Shown: in pieces, positions 12,098-23,156 of the stretch | Numbering within the stretch: position 1 is the first letter of the stretch | How the letters are laid out: each line of letters begins with the position of its first letter | Notes under the pieces: model-generated | Databases searched by the model: none | What the model was told of the DNA's origin: nothing | The model's input: the letters and a program-made list of their open reading frames with translations, nothing else | Source of the DNA: Ginkgo biloba | Lineage: Eukaryota; Plantae; Ginkgophyta | NCBI GenBank assembly: GCA_024626585.2 | Contig: JANKJI020000004.1 | Coordinates: 176,056,733 to 176,080,990, forward strand | Direction of reading: 5' to 3' | DNA: 24,258 nucleotides | Translations under genes and position numbers: made by a program

Positions 12098-13044
12098 TCA
12101 TTTCTTTTCCTTTTTTCTTTTGGAATTGAAAAATATTTATATTGCCCATTATCGATCTAGAGCAAAAAGATCAACAGCACCGTATACAGAGCAATCTCTA
12201 TTCTGGCTAGAACCAGTGCCCTTATGATCCAAAACCTGGGAATGTGTATGGCGGAAGCAAATTCAAAAGAGAATTCAAATNNNNNNNNNNNNNNNNNNNN
12301 NNNNNNNNNNNNNNNNNNNNNNNNNNNNNNNNNNNNNNNNNNNNNNNNNNNNNNNNNNNNNNNNNNNNNNNNNNNNNNNNNNNNNNNNNNNNNNNNNNNN
12401 NNNNNNNNNNNNNNNNNNNNNNNNNNNNNNNNNNNNNNNNNNNNNNNNNNNNNNNNNNNNNNNNNNNNNNNNNNNNNNNNNNNNNNNNNNNNNNNNNNNN
12501 NNNNNNNNNNNNNNNNNNNNNNNNNNNNNNNNNNNNNNNNNNNNNNNNNNNNNNNNNNNNNNNNNNNNNNNNNNNNNNNNNNNNNNNNNNNNNNNNNNNN
12601 NNNNNNNNNNNNNNNNNNNNNNNNNNNNNNNNNNNNNNNNNNNNNNNNNNNNNNNNNNNNNNNNNNNNNNNNNNNNNNNNNNNNNNNNNNNNNNNNNNNN
12701 NNNNNNNNNNNNNNNNNNNNNNNNNNNNNNNNNNNNNNNNNNNNNNNNNNNNNNNNNNNNNNNNNNNNNNNNNNNNNNNNNNNNNNNNNNNNNNNNNNNN
12801 NNNNNNNNNNNNNNNNNNNNNNNNNNNNNNNNNNNNNNNNTCGCAAGCTTTCACTTAGTATGGAAGGAGGAGTCTCTGTTTTTTAAAATATCAATCACAA
12901 AAGTGTATATCTGGAAAAGAATTGAAGAAACCCCTCACTTTTGAGCTTTCAAAAGCTTTTATCATCTGCATTGATAACTGTCGAATTCAGTTACAAAATT
13001 GTTGTTTTGACTTCAAGAAGTGGGATGATGTGACAGCTCAAGTT

Positions 13045-13652
13045 TGCACAGGTGCATCTGTGCATCATTTTGACCATTTCGCGTCAAGTTCCTGACTTTC
13101 GAAAAACGGGGATTTTCTCGCGACTTAACCGATTTTCAAACTTCTTCAAGACTTGGGCAATTTTCTGCCAATTTTTTGGCTTTTGGCCACTTTGGCGCCA
13201 TGGTGCTCGGTGGGTCATTTGCTCGCGTCGCCCCATTTTTCCGATTTTTGGAAATTAGGAATTTTCTTGCATAGGCTTTGGGACTTAGTCGAATTTGCAA
13301 AAATCTTTGGCGCTTGAGCAGATTTGTTGATTTTTCGATTTGCATGCCACTTTGATCCTTTGCGGTGCCTGGCGCAGCATTTTTCCATATCATGGCAATT
13401 TCCTCTTTCTTGGAAACAAGGGATTTTACCATGATTTGGGCAGATTCTTCCAACCAACACTTTTTTAAGCCAAAATCATATAACTTTAAGATTTTAAATT
13501 GAATATAGATCTTACGGTCAGTCTTGGGTGGTGGGACTCGGACGCCTGCCAGGGGCACTGCCCCTAGAATCCTATTAGGGGCGCTGCCCCTAGGACTTCA
13601 AAAGAGAACCCCAAAAATTTTTGGTCTCAAACCCAGTCGTCAAACAACGCTG
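13045..13652. mobile_element. CpG-rich intronic element, probably one end of a non-autonomous DNA transposon (hAT-like/MITE-like)
   Basis: Abrupt rise in GC and CpG, twin GC hairpins at 13551-13593, and a right end reading CAGCGTTGTTTG on the - strand (TIR-like). No partner TIR or TSD was found, so the class is inferred. Confidence 0.45.
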
Positions 13653-14357
13653 ACTTTTAGACCAATATTGTGATTACTTTATGAAATTATCAGCTTCTTG
13701 CCACTCTGAAGATTGAAACTGATAATTATCCTTTTTGATCAGATCTGATCCGGATCACCTTAAGAAAAAGAACAATAGCTACAATACTAAACGGAAATAA
13801 AAGCAACATCAATTCAATAGTTATAGTTTCCTAGCAAAGTGGNNNNNNNNNNNNNNNNNNNNNNNNNNNNNNNNNNNNNNNNNNNNNNNNNNNNNNNNNA
13901 ACTATATTTTCACATAATCATGGGATTAAATCTGAAGACTTTGATGTGTTTTGGATGTCATTTTACCTGTGAAGGGCCACTGATAGTTTAACTTCAATCG
14001 TAAGACACAAATGACAAGACAACAATACTTGTCAAAAGAATCAAACATATCGGAAGATTTTCAATTTTAGAGCTTCTTCTTTGATTAAAACTAGCAATAT
14101 TTTGAAGGGAGACATGGCTCTGAATCCACACTCCAAGGAACACTTCAGATCTGAGAAAGACATTGCTATTCAAATTTGATCTCAGTTCATGTTAGAATTC
14201 AACTCATTGGATGATGGACTTATTTGAGAAGAAGGCCCTTTAAATTGAAGGAAGACTTTGACCTTCAAATTTGACATCTGATCAAAATATGACACAACTC
14301 AAAATGTGACTCTTTTCTCTTGTTGAAAGGATGATATTCTTAATTAGGAAATATTAC

Positions 14358-14374
14358 AAAAAAAAAAAAAAAAA
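14358..14374 (+). repeat. Poly(A)17 tract
   Basis: Read directly. Confidence 0.9.
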
Positions 14375-14822
14375 GAGAGGTTTTGGGAACACCAATGGGA
14401 GACATAGATTAAAATAAAATAGCTCATACTGTTGTTACAAAAATTGGACAGTGAGATATCAAGAGCTTAAACTATAAACAATCATTAACACGAATTTGAT
14501 AACATAACCCATTTACTTTTAAGGCCCAATACATATAGCACCATGCTACTCGGATCCCTATGTGAGGTAGCTGGCAGCAGATCTCATCTTCCTTATGCAC
14601 TAGTAGGNNNNNNNNNNNCTCAGATCTAGATAGCACATAGTTTGACTAGAATTCTACCCAAGGGCTTTCCAAGAGTATTCAACATTCTTACCCCAATCAG
14701 TGATATCCTCCATGTTTTAGAAGTAAAATCAGGTCTTCCTCCGGTGAATTTTGGATTGTGAGGCATAAAAAAATGTTTCAATGTCATGATATAATAAATT
14801 ATAGGTATCCTAAAATTAGTAG

Positions 14823-15695
14823 AATCACCTAACTTTAGCCATGAATCACTAGTAGCCACACAGGTTCATAAACATTGAATACCATGAGGAAGAACCCATT
14901 ATATCTTAAAACAACAAGTAATAAACACTACAACTCCAGATTGCATCGAGATTCACTAGTAAATGATAATAACATGTTCAACAATAATGGCCTTAACTGT
15001 TCGTAGCTTGATGGTAACAATGATAACTAGGATGTTTACCTAACTTCAATAGTAATGATAATAATCTGAGTGATTACTATAATGTATTAAATAATAATGA
15101 GGGCAATGCCTAGAATATCCTTAGAAATAAGTCGACCATCCACTAAACATGTTCATCACTAATAAAAACTTTGATTAGTATAATAATGCCTTTAATGCCA
15201 ACATGCATAGCATATACAATTACACCTTTCCAAATAATAGTAACAACCTTTTCATTGGCAGTAATAATCTCTTCAATGGATAGAACAACCCTTTTATGAC
15301 AATTAAAATATCTTATTTTGTAGATTAAAAATTATTCTAGTGCTGTAACATAAGAAATTACAAGCAATCCAAGCCCAATATAATCACCAGTCTATAGCCA
15401 AGAGTCACTATCATACAAGAGTCACATACACTATATATAATAAGGAAGAACCCATTCTATCATAATATGATAGACAATAAACCATACGAGTCTCTAGGCT
15501 CTATCAAGCTTCACTAGTAAATGGTAAACATGTGTTTAATACTAATGATCTTAATGATTATAAACTCAGTGATAAAAATAGTAACTAGGATGGTTACCAA
15601 AATAACTTCAATAGTAACAACAATAATAATGTTAGCGGTTACCACAATATATTCAACAATAACCAAGATCATTTATAGAATATCTGTAGTAATAC
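14823..15695 (+). repeat. Diverged direct duplication of about 310 bp (copies at about 14823-15130 and 15382-15695, offset about 556 bp)
   Basis: Colinear shared anchors GGAAGAACCCATT (14888 and 15444), TTCACTAGTAAATG, TAACTAGGATG, TAACTTCAATAGTAA and TAGAATATC. Confidence 0.8.
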
Positions 15696-15970
15696 TTTGA
15701 TGTTCCATGCAGAGCTAGTTCTTGGTTCTATGGGGTGTAAGCTTCTTGAGGAGCTATGACCATGAGAAATCTATTAGAGAGTTTTTACTATATTGAATTT
15801 TCTCTCACTAGATTCTCTTTCTTNNNNNNNNNNNNNNNNNNNNNNNNNNNNNNNNNNNNNNNNNNNNNNNNNNNNNNNNNNNNNNNNNNNNNNNNNNNNN
15901 NNNNNNNNNNNNNNNNNNNNNNNTTTATAGGATTAATCGTTGGTACTTCTATGTTGATTATATACTAAAC

Positions 15971-16042
15971 AACATAATTTATAACTTCAGTAATGATTAA
16001 TGTAATTTATAACTTTAGTACCTATTAATGTAATCCATAACT
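15971..16042 (+). repeat. 28-bp degenerate tandem repeat, about 2.5 copies
   Basis: TAATTTATAACT at 15975 and 16003, TAATCCATAACT at 16031. Confidence 0.75.
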
Positions 16043-18011
16043 CGAAGAAAAGCTGAAATTTGAACATGCAACTTACTATTGGAAATTTAGAGTTAATAAT
16101 CATTTCAAAAAATCAATCTGTATTGTGTACGGATGCTTCCAACCCTGCATTTTGAACTCTTTGGGGAAGCTTGTCTCTAATGTTTCCAGTGGGTGGAAAC
16201 ATTGATGTTCTGACACCTGTGCCGCTATGGTTGAGATTAACCTTTGCTAGATTAAATCAGTGAAATCATTGAATTACACTTGCAATAAAACTCTCTTTAA
16301 AAAACTTTCATAAAAGGCATCTTTAAACCTTGAGTTTTAGAGGTGGCTCTACTAATTGATTTTTTAATTTTTGAGGCATTTTCCACAGTGAATCCATATT
16401 CAGCTTTCAGAAGCTACCTGGACTGGATCCTGAAAGCTTGAGCATGCTTCCACTGATGTATGATCTTTCGATAATATGGCTCTCTCTGTACTACAAGATG
16501 ACTTCTTTTCCCATTTCACAAGGGCATCAAGATTTTCTCTGAAGTTTCTCTCTTTCTTTCTGATTAGTTTATTGCTGTGACATTCAATGTTCTGTTTACA
16601 TCAATCATAACTTTTAATTAATTAAGGTTTACCATACCAAACCACATTCTACTTTATGAATTATATAAAGATTGATACCATTTCATATGCATTGTTATGA
16701 AGGTGCCATTTTTTGTTATGCACTAAAATGTACAAATGACTAAGAATACCTTTGGTAAAATGGCTTTCACTAAGTGCACCCCAAATTTGTGTTCCACTTG
16801 TCTTCATTTCAAGCCGGGGGCTTGTTAAAGAGATGTATTTGAGTATTTCTGGAGGAACATCAAATGGATTGCCAGACAATTTTCTTTCTGTTTTCCAATT
16901 TCTCAGGCTTGTTTATTGAGGGCCCCAAATTCCTGCTCTGCCATGTGCCACTAGAATAGAGACTCTGCGAGTTGTTTAGGGATTTGAAAAACAGATTAGT
17001 GAAGGTATTACCCTTAGCTCTGTAATTTTGCAGCTGACATTGCTGTTAGTTGTGAGGCAACCCCAAGAAGTGTTCGAGATTGAGATATTTTATAGACATT
17101 AACTTGGGCTAGACTCGTACTATGATGTTTGATTGTGCAGAGCTTTTGTTTGGTTTATCTTTAAACCATGGGTCAAGAGGACCTACTAGAAACTTGTATG
17201 ATCAGCTATTGAGAAATTTCTCCTGATTATGACAATAGATCAACTGCTCTTCATTATTTATGAATCTGAAGTTTGGGACAACTGCAATGTTTATTATATG
17301 CAAAACATGAACAAAAGGAGGATTACCACTCCAAGAAAAGGTGGCCCTCACACAACAAATAGTATTGTTATCCACTATTCATGGAATTCCAGTTAATGCT
17401 AATGATCCCTGTGTAACGAAGAGATGACAGCAATACCAAGCATGGAACCATTCACAAAGCGATAAACCCAGAACTTTGGCATGGCAAGGAAGTGCAAACA
17501 ACAGTTGATACGATTCTCAAGAGTTACCTCACTGTTAACAGTCAAGATCAACAACTTGGTAGTAGTTCAGTTGCAAAAATTTAGGAGAGAAGGTCATATA
17601 TACTCAATTTCTATAGTTATGCAATCATACAATGGCATTTCAATCTCAAAGTGAATAGTGAGGAAAGGTAGACAATGTCTTATGAATGACAACATCAACT
17701 GATGTCATGAAGGTGCCAAGGATCCAAAGTTTGGTGATGCCTCTCTTATAAGGAAGGAGCAAAAAGTGCTGATGAAAGTGGTGATGCTGATTACATGCAA
17801 AGCATGGTTATCACTTCTAATGTACAAGGAAGGATATTCAGAGAAAGTTCTCATATGCCCACTTTCCCTCTATGTGTAGCCCAGCTTATAGTGGAGACTC
17901 AAACATTTTAGTTTCTCTGTCATTATCAGTCATACAAGAGCTCGATATAGAAGACTAGTAGGGATGGTCCTTGGTCTTTCTTCTCTAATCTATCCTAAAA
18001 TTTATAATAAG

Positions 18012-18238
18012 AACCTACATATATGAGATACCCGAAAGGTGTGCACTCTATGGCAGGACAAGAAGCAGATGTAGAAGAATCCATCAAATCACTTGCAGAT
18101 GAGTCATACAATCCAGTCATTAAACCTTTATCTATGAGATATTCAAAAGGCGTCCACTCTATAGCAGGACAAGGAGGCAATGTAGAAGGATCCATCTAAT
18201 CACTTGCAGNNNNNNNNNNNNNNNNNNTCCAGTCATTA
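18012..18238. repeat. 111-bp (37-codon) tandem duplication, 2 diverged copies, adjacent to the intronic gag
   Basis: TATGAGATA at 18022 and 18133; shared CACTCTAT.GCAGGACAAG, ATGTAGAAG.ATCCATC.AATCACTTGCAG and TCCAGTCATTA. Confidence 0.9.
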
Positions 18239-18499
18239 CCAAGTAGGAGTAAATCAGTATGTCTGAAGGTACCAAGAGTAATAATGACAAGGATAAGACT
18301 CCCACTGAATCCATTCCAATCTCATCCTCAGCCTTGGAACACTCTATGAGAAGACAAAAGAAAAAGAAAATTGGCAAGATCAATAATATGACTGGAAAAA
18401 AAATTCAGGCTTCTTCAAAAGAAAGCATATTGAGATTGTCCCAGTGAAAAAGGTGAGCGGTTTAATACAAACCAAAGTAGAGGTTTTGGTCTTATTTTG

Positions 18500-19470
18500 G
18501 GGGTTATTTGGATAATTTTCCCACTCATGTTTGCCTGGTCCACAATCCTCATATATGAACCTGCCATTTTCTTCTAAGGGAAATTGGGCACGAGCATGCC
18601 CCCAGCGTTGGCACAAGTGACAGTGAATTGCCTTCGTTTTCACTTCCCAAGTTTTTGACTGGTGTAGAGGGTTGTTTGTTGCGCATTGACAATACATAGT
18701 TATGGTTCCCCTTCCGTAATATCTTCCACGACCACCATGATTAGTGTTCTGACCCCTTGGTTATAATAACAATTTTCTGTGCAATGGGAATCAGTTTTAC
18801 AAATGTCACACCATTGCTCTAATACTGGCACTACTTCCTCAACATGTTCCTTCTGTAAGCACCCTTGTTGGTTACAAAGTGGCAGACACCAAATGCCATT
18901 TTTTGGTGTTGATGTCATTTCTTGTCACAATTTTGCAATTTCCACACAAAGATTTTCAGCTATGGGATCTGATTTTTGTTGCTTTTGTCGTCTTAAGATT
19001 GCTAGCTTATGTTGGAGACGTTCTATTTTTGGATCTTAAGTTGGTGCCATATAGCTTGTTGCATTATACTGCCCAGCATTCCCCAATTGGTTCTCAAAAC
19101 ACATTGGTAAATCTTGAAGTTGTTGATAATTCGGCATTTGGGTGCAGTCACATGGAACTCTATACATGAGATAGTAAACCTTGAACAAAGATTTTCAATA
19201 GGTGTGGTGGAGATGGTCTATCCTCAGGACGAAANNNNNNNNNNTTCAATAAATCTGCATTCTGTTATCGTAACCTTTTATAGATTCCCCTAGTTATTGC
19301 TGCAGTTCTTCCAGGGCTTGAAATTTTTTTAAGGGATCTCGAAGTTTTTGGAATCAATCAAGGAACAATGTTATTTCTTCCCAGGTTGGTCTGCTTAAAA
19401 TAAAACATTGGTACCATGTGATTGTTGATCCTCTCAAGGTGTTGAAGAATTGTGCCTTAATTTCTCTTTC
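18500..19470 (-). mobile_element. Decayed Ty3/gypsy-type gag with multiple CCHC zinc knuckles, antisense within the PAP intron
   Basis: Minus strand 19245-19470 reads AQFFNTLRGSTITWYQ....RPTWEEI..FLD*FQK...LEELQQ*LGESIKGYDNR (Retrotrans_gag signature). There is an intact knuckle CDICKTDSHCTENC (18769-18810) and degenerate ones CHLCQRWGHARAQF (18581-18622) and YEDCGPGKHEWENY (18512-18553). Stops and frameshifts are present. Confidence 0.88.
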
Positions 19471-20297
19471 NNNNNNNNNNNNNNNNNNNNNNNNNNNNNN
19501 NNNNNNNNNNNNNNNNNNNNNNNNNNNNNNNNNNNNNNNNNNNNNNNNNNNNNNNNNNNNNNNNNNNNNNATTTATAATGTTTTTCAGTTCTAGGATGTT
19601 ATTAGATAATGCAAAGTGATTAGATGGTTTGCTTGTTCCATCAAAGCATAGATTTGTGAAAGCATTATCATTGGACAACAGTGTATGGCTGCTTTGGTCC
19701 AACATTATTGTTGGTGGCCATTGCGGATAATGGATTTTTTGGTACTGATTGATAGTGGTGTTTCTTGTATTGGGGATTCTTCAGAGAATGATTCAAATCT
19801 CAAATCCTGTATTATTGAATTGGAATGGTATGAAGATTCTAGACTAACTAGTTGTGGAGACGAACACTCTAAGTTTGTTTTGCAATTATTAGTTGTACCC
19901 GTGGTGTCTTTGTTGGCATTATCATTAAGCGCCAAGCTGATTTTTTCTTCTTCCTGTCCTTGTAGAATCTAGGCACTTTCCTTTGTTGGAAATTCCAATT
20001 TTGCGTCCTCTTTCTCTGGTGTTTGTACTTGGAGTATGGGTGCCAACTTCTTCTTCATGGCCTTTGCAATGCTACTACCTACCCCTATTTGGGAGGTCTA
20101 GCTTTCACCGTGTGTAGACTTTTTCTTTGAAACCACTTTTGTGGCTAATGGAAGTTTCTATTGTTCTCTTTGTTCTTGATGCTTAGTCTTCGAATCTATT
20201 GTAGGTTGCTCTTTAGGTGGGATGACCAAGGCACCTAGCTATCTTGGAGGTTTTAGGAGAAAGTTGCAACCTTCCTGACAGTCAGGGTGACTAAATA

Positions 20298-21122
20298 TGT
20301 GGATAGGATGATGTTAATCTTGTATTATCTTCCTGAGAGAACCTGTTCATGTTCTTCAACTGGCAATGGAACCAACTCTTACTACTAAAAGCGTCACAGT
20401 AAAGTATGTGTTGTAACTACTGGCTAACAACCCTGGAGAGCCTAGACGATGGTCTGCTGCTCTCACCAACACAGTCGCATTCAGACATCTTTAGGGAGAG
20501 GTCAGTGCTGGCCTTGTCAAGTCATCCTTCATAGATGATCATGCATCAACATCCATAGTAGATAATAAACAAAGATGTATAACTGAGATGAAAGACGAAA
20601 TAAAAGAGGAATGAACAGGGCATTTATAACATATTGAAATGTTCGGTACAAACTACTGATTTTACTATTGGTGGAAGAAAACTAATACAATCGATGATTT
20701 TGCCTTTACTACTTGCAACATTTATAGAGTACAAAGGTGCTTATTGTGAGGCGATATTAACGGTTGCCTTCTTTCATTTAACCCAAAACTATAATTATTT
20801 AAATCCTACTTTGTCATTTATTCATTAATTACAAGTTTGAATTTGCTGTGTTCAGTCATTTCGTTCTTGTTGTCTTGCGACCGATAACTGGAGTGTGGAA
20901 CAACTAATAACTGGGATGCCAGAGTGACCAATAGTTGAACTGCTGAAGCGACTGATAGTTGAACTGTTGGATTGACCAATAACTAATTTATGGGGCAATC
21001 GAAAATTGAATTTGTTGGAATGACCAATAACTTTAAAACTGCTGTGACCGTTAATGCTATGTATCAATTATTCAACATACAACACCCTATGTGGACATGT
21101 CCCATATTTTGGTGCATGCACA
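20298..21122 (-). mobile_element. Probable 5' LTR of the intronic gypsy element
   Basis: Lies upstream of gag on the - strand. It has a TG at 20298 and a CA at 21121-21122 on + (the latter abutting a gap), CTCTATAAATG on - near 20720, and an internal 24-bp repeat array. Boundaries and PBS are not verified. Confidence 0.45.
20879..21056 (+). repeat. Degenerate array with about 24-bp period, about 8 units, conserved core GACCRATAACT
   Basis: Core variants start at 20879, 20902, 20926, 20950, 20974, 20997, 21022 and 21046. Confidence 0.8.
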
Positions 21123-22059
21123 NNNNNNNNNNNNNNNNNNNNNNNNNNNNNNNNNNNNNNNNNNNNNNNNNNNNNNNNNNNNNNNNNNNNNNNNNNNNNN
21201 NNNNNNNNNNNNNNNNNNNNNNCAATCAGGAACCCAACGAGCAGGGTTTTGTAGATAAAACAAAGATGCGATTAACTGAACTAGTGAGGGGAATTCATGG
21301 CATTACAGGAGGCAAAATGAGACAATGACACAATGTCGATAGGAGAAATCGCCGCTCGGGTGCGAATGCGCACACCAGACAAGCCTGGCAGAGGGACACC
21401 ATACGTCAAAATAGAATAAAATATTTGAGATAGAGTACACATCTAATTTTCAACATGCTAAACAGTCAAATTTTGACGAATACAATACAAATCCGCAAGA
21501 TTCAACTAGCAAGCACCAAGGAATTCACCACCAGTCATCCATTGCCAACCCAAATTTAACTACAAACAACTCAAGAAACTCGTAGCAATTTTACAAATAT
21601 TAAGAAAAATCCAAAATTTTCACTGTTAAAAAACTAATTGCAGGCAAGAAAACTAGCCTACTGGTAGTATTACAACTAATTCAAAAAAATTGAATGCCTT
21701 TGAAGATAAATATTAACGAAGGTTGAAAGTTTTTTAACAACGGTGCAAATTCACATTAATCGACATTACTAACTGCAAGACGACTCTTAGAATGTCAAGT
21801 TAAGATGATAGTTGAAGTGTTGTGTTGGAGTGCCTTACTTCACATTTCCTGGCTGTAATCCATCTTAGACATTAACATTAGGGTTAGCATTAGGATTATC
21901 ATCACGCACATTTTCTTTGCTTGTGGCCAATGCATGCCAATGGCCAATATCATCATTTACAACATCAATATCCCTTGACACTTGTTCTCCTTGGTTTTTC
22001 TACCAGTAAACATTTGCTAAGACCTCTCTTCTTGCCTCATGCATATTGTCCTCCAAGTC

Positions 22060-23156
22060 TTGGTGCCTTGGCTACTTATAGATGAGCACTCTATCTATCC
22101 TCTCTCTGAGATTGATTCATCAACCTTTCCTATGCTCTAGTAGTCATATTAGATCTGAGCTATGCCCTTTCTTCCTACAATGAGTTTAAACACAAGAATG
22201 TTAAGGACATATCACACATATCAACAANNNNNNNNNNNNNNNNNNNNNNNNNNNNNNNNNNNNNNNNNNNNNNNNNNNNNNNNNNNNNNNNNNNNNNNNN
22301 NNNNNNNNNNNNNTTTTGGGATTCCATCCCATACATCTTATAGGAAAATTCCTTTACACAAAATTGGTAGGAAAGATTTTCCTATTGTCAAATCTATCTA
22401 ATCAACATTACATATATTTGGTGATTATCGACTACTCTACTTAAGGTGTATCTCTGTATACCGTCAAATCTAAGTACATCATAAAATGTCCCTTACATTA
22501 TCTAACCCTTAGAATTAGTATTACTTCCACNNNNNNNNNNNNNNNNNNNNNNNNNNNNNNNNNNNNNNNNNNNNNNNNNNNNNNNNNNNNNNNNNNNNNN
22601 NNNNNNNNNNNNNNNNNNNNNNNNNNNNNNCAAATTATAGTGTTGGCCCTCGGTGCCAAGTGACTTGGCTATTTATAGATAATCACACCATCTATCTTTC
22701 TCTGAGATCAATCCTTCTTACACTTTGAATTATATGTCAATCGATTACATTCTTTATCTCCTATAAGGCATCATATAAAAAGCATGCCAAAGAAAGTATC
22801 ACAATACAATAACTAATAACATAGAGATAATTAAGGATGTTGAACAATACTTTATTCATTCAAATATTCATAATTCATACAATGTGTAATCTTCTCTCTG
22901 CCTTTTTTAGGTTCTAACCCATACATAATTATAAGTGAATGCCCTTACACAAAATTGNNNNNNNNNNAATAAGACCATTCTCATCATCAAATCTATCTAA
23001 TCAACATTACAGGCATTCAATGATTGCGAATTACTCTACTTAAAGGTGTATCTCTACACACTATAAAATATAAAAATAAACCACATGTGTGACATTCTTA
23101 TTTATTATAAAATATCCCCTACATTATCTAACCCTTAGAATTAGTATTACTTCCAC
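22060..23156 (+). repeat. Diverged direct duplication of about 500 bp (about 22060-22530 and 22648-23156), probably a TE-derived or LTR-like repeat
   Basis: Colinear anchors CTTGGCTA.TTATAGAT, TCTCTGAGAT, TTACACAAAATTG, TCAAATCTATCTAATCAACATTACA and AAGGTGTATCTCT, plus an identical terminal 37-mer. Confidence 0.85.

Noticed and set aside
11324-12149. Antisense ORFs overlapping the PAP exon
   Set aside because: Shadow frames of a real coding exon.
13042-13060. TTTGCACAG|GTG as acceptor for exon 2 (also TTTTTTAG|GTT at about 22910)
   Set aside because: Downstream translations (VHLCII.., VLTHT*) do not resemble the expected VGSD..GWS continuation.
13136-13558. 140-aa minus-strand ORF and overlapping ORFs
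   Set aside because: No recognisable domain; explained by the GC-richer repeat element.
13551-13600. Helitron 3' end (hairpin + CTAG)
   Set aside because: CTAG overlaps the hairpin stem rather than lying about 10 nt downstream, and is not followed by T.
13900-14374. Retroposed sequence ending in poly(A)17
   Set aside because: No TSD or recognisable RT or gene homology upstream; kept only as a mononucleotide run.
18779-19169. Cys-rich + strand ORFs
   Set aside because: Antisense shadow of the minus-strand gag.
20879-21056. CRISPR-like repeat/spacer appearance
   Set aside because: The core is only about 11 bp and degenerate, linkers are about 13 nt and partly similar to each other, there are no cas genes, and the context is a plant retrotransposon.
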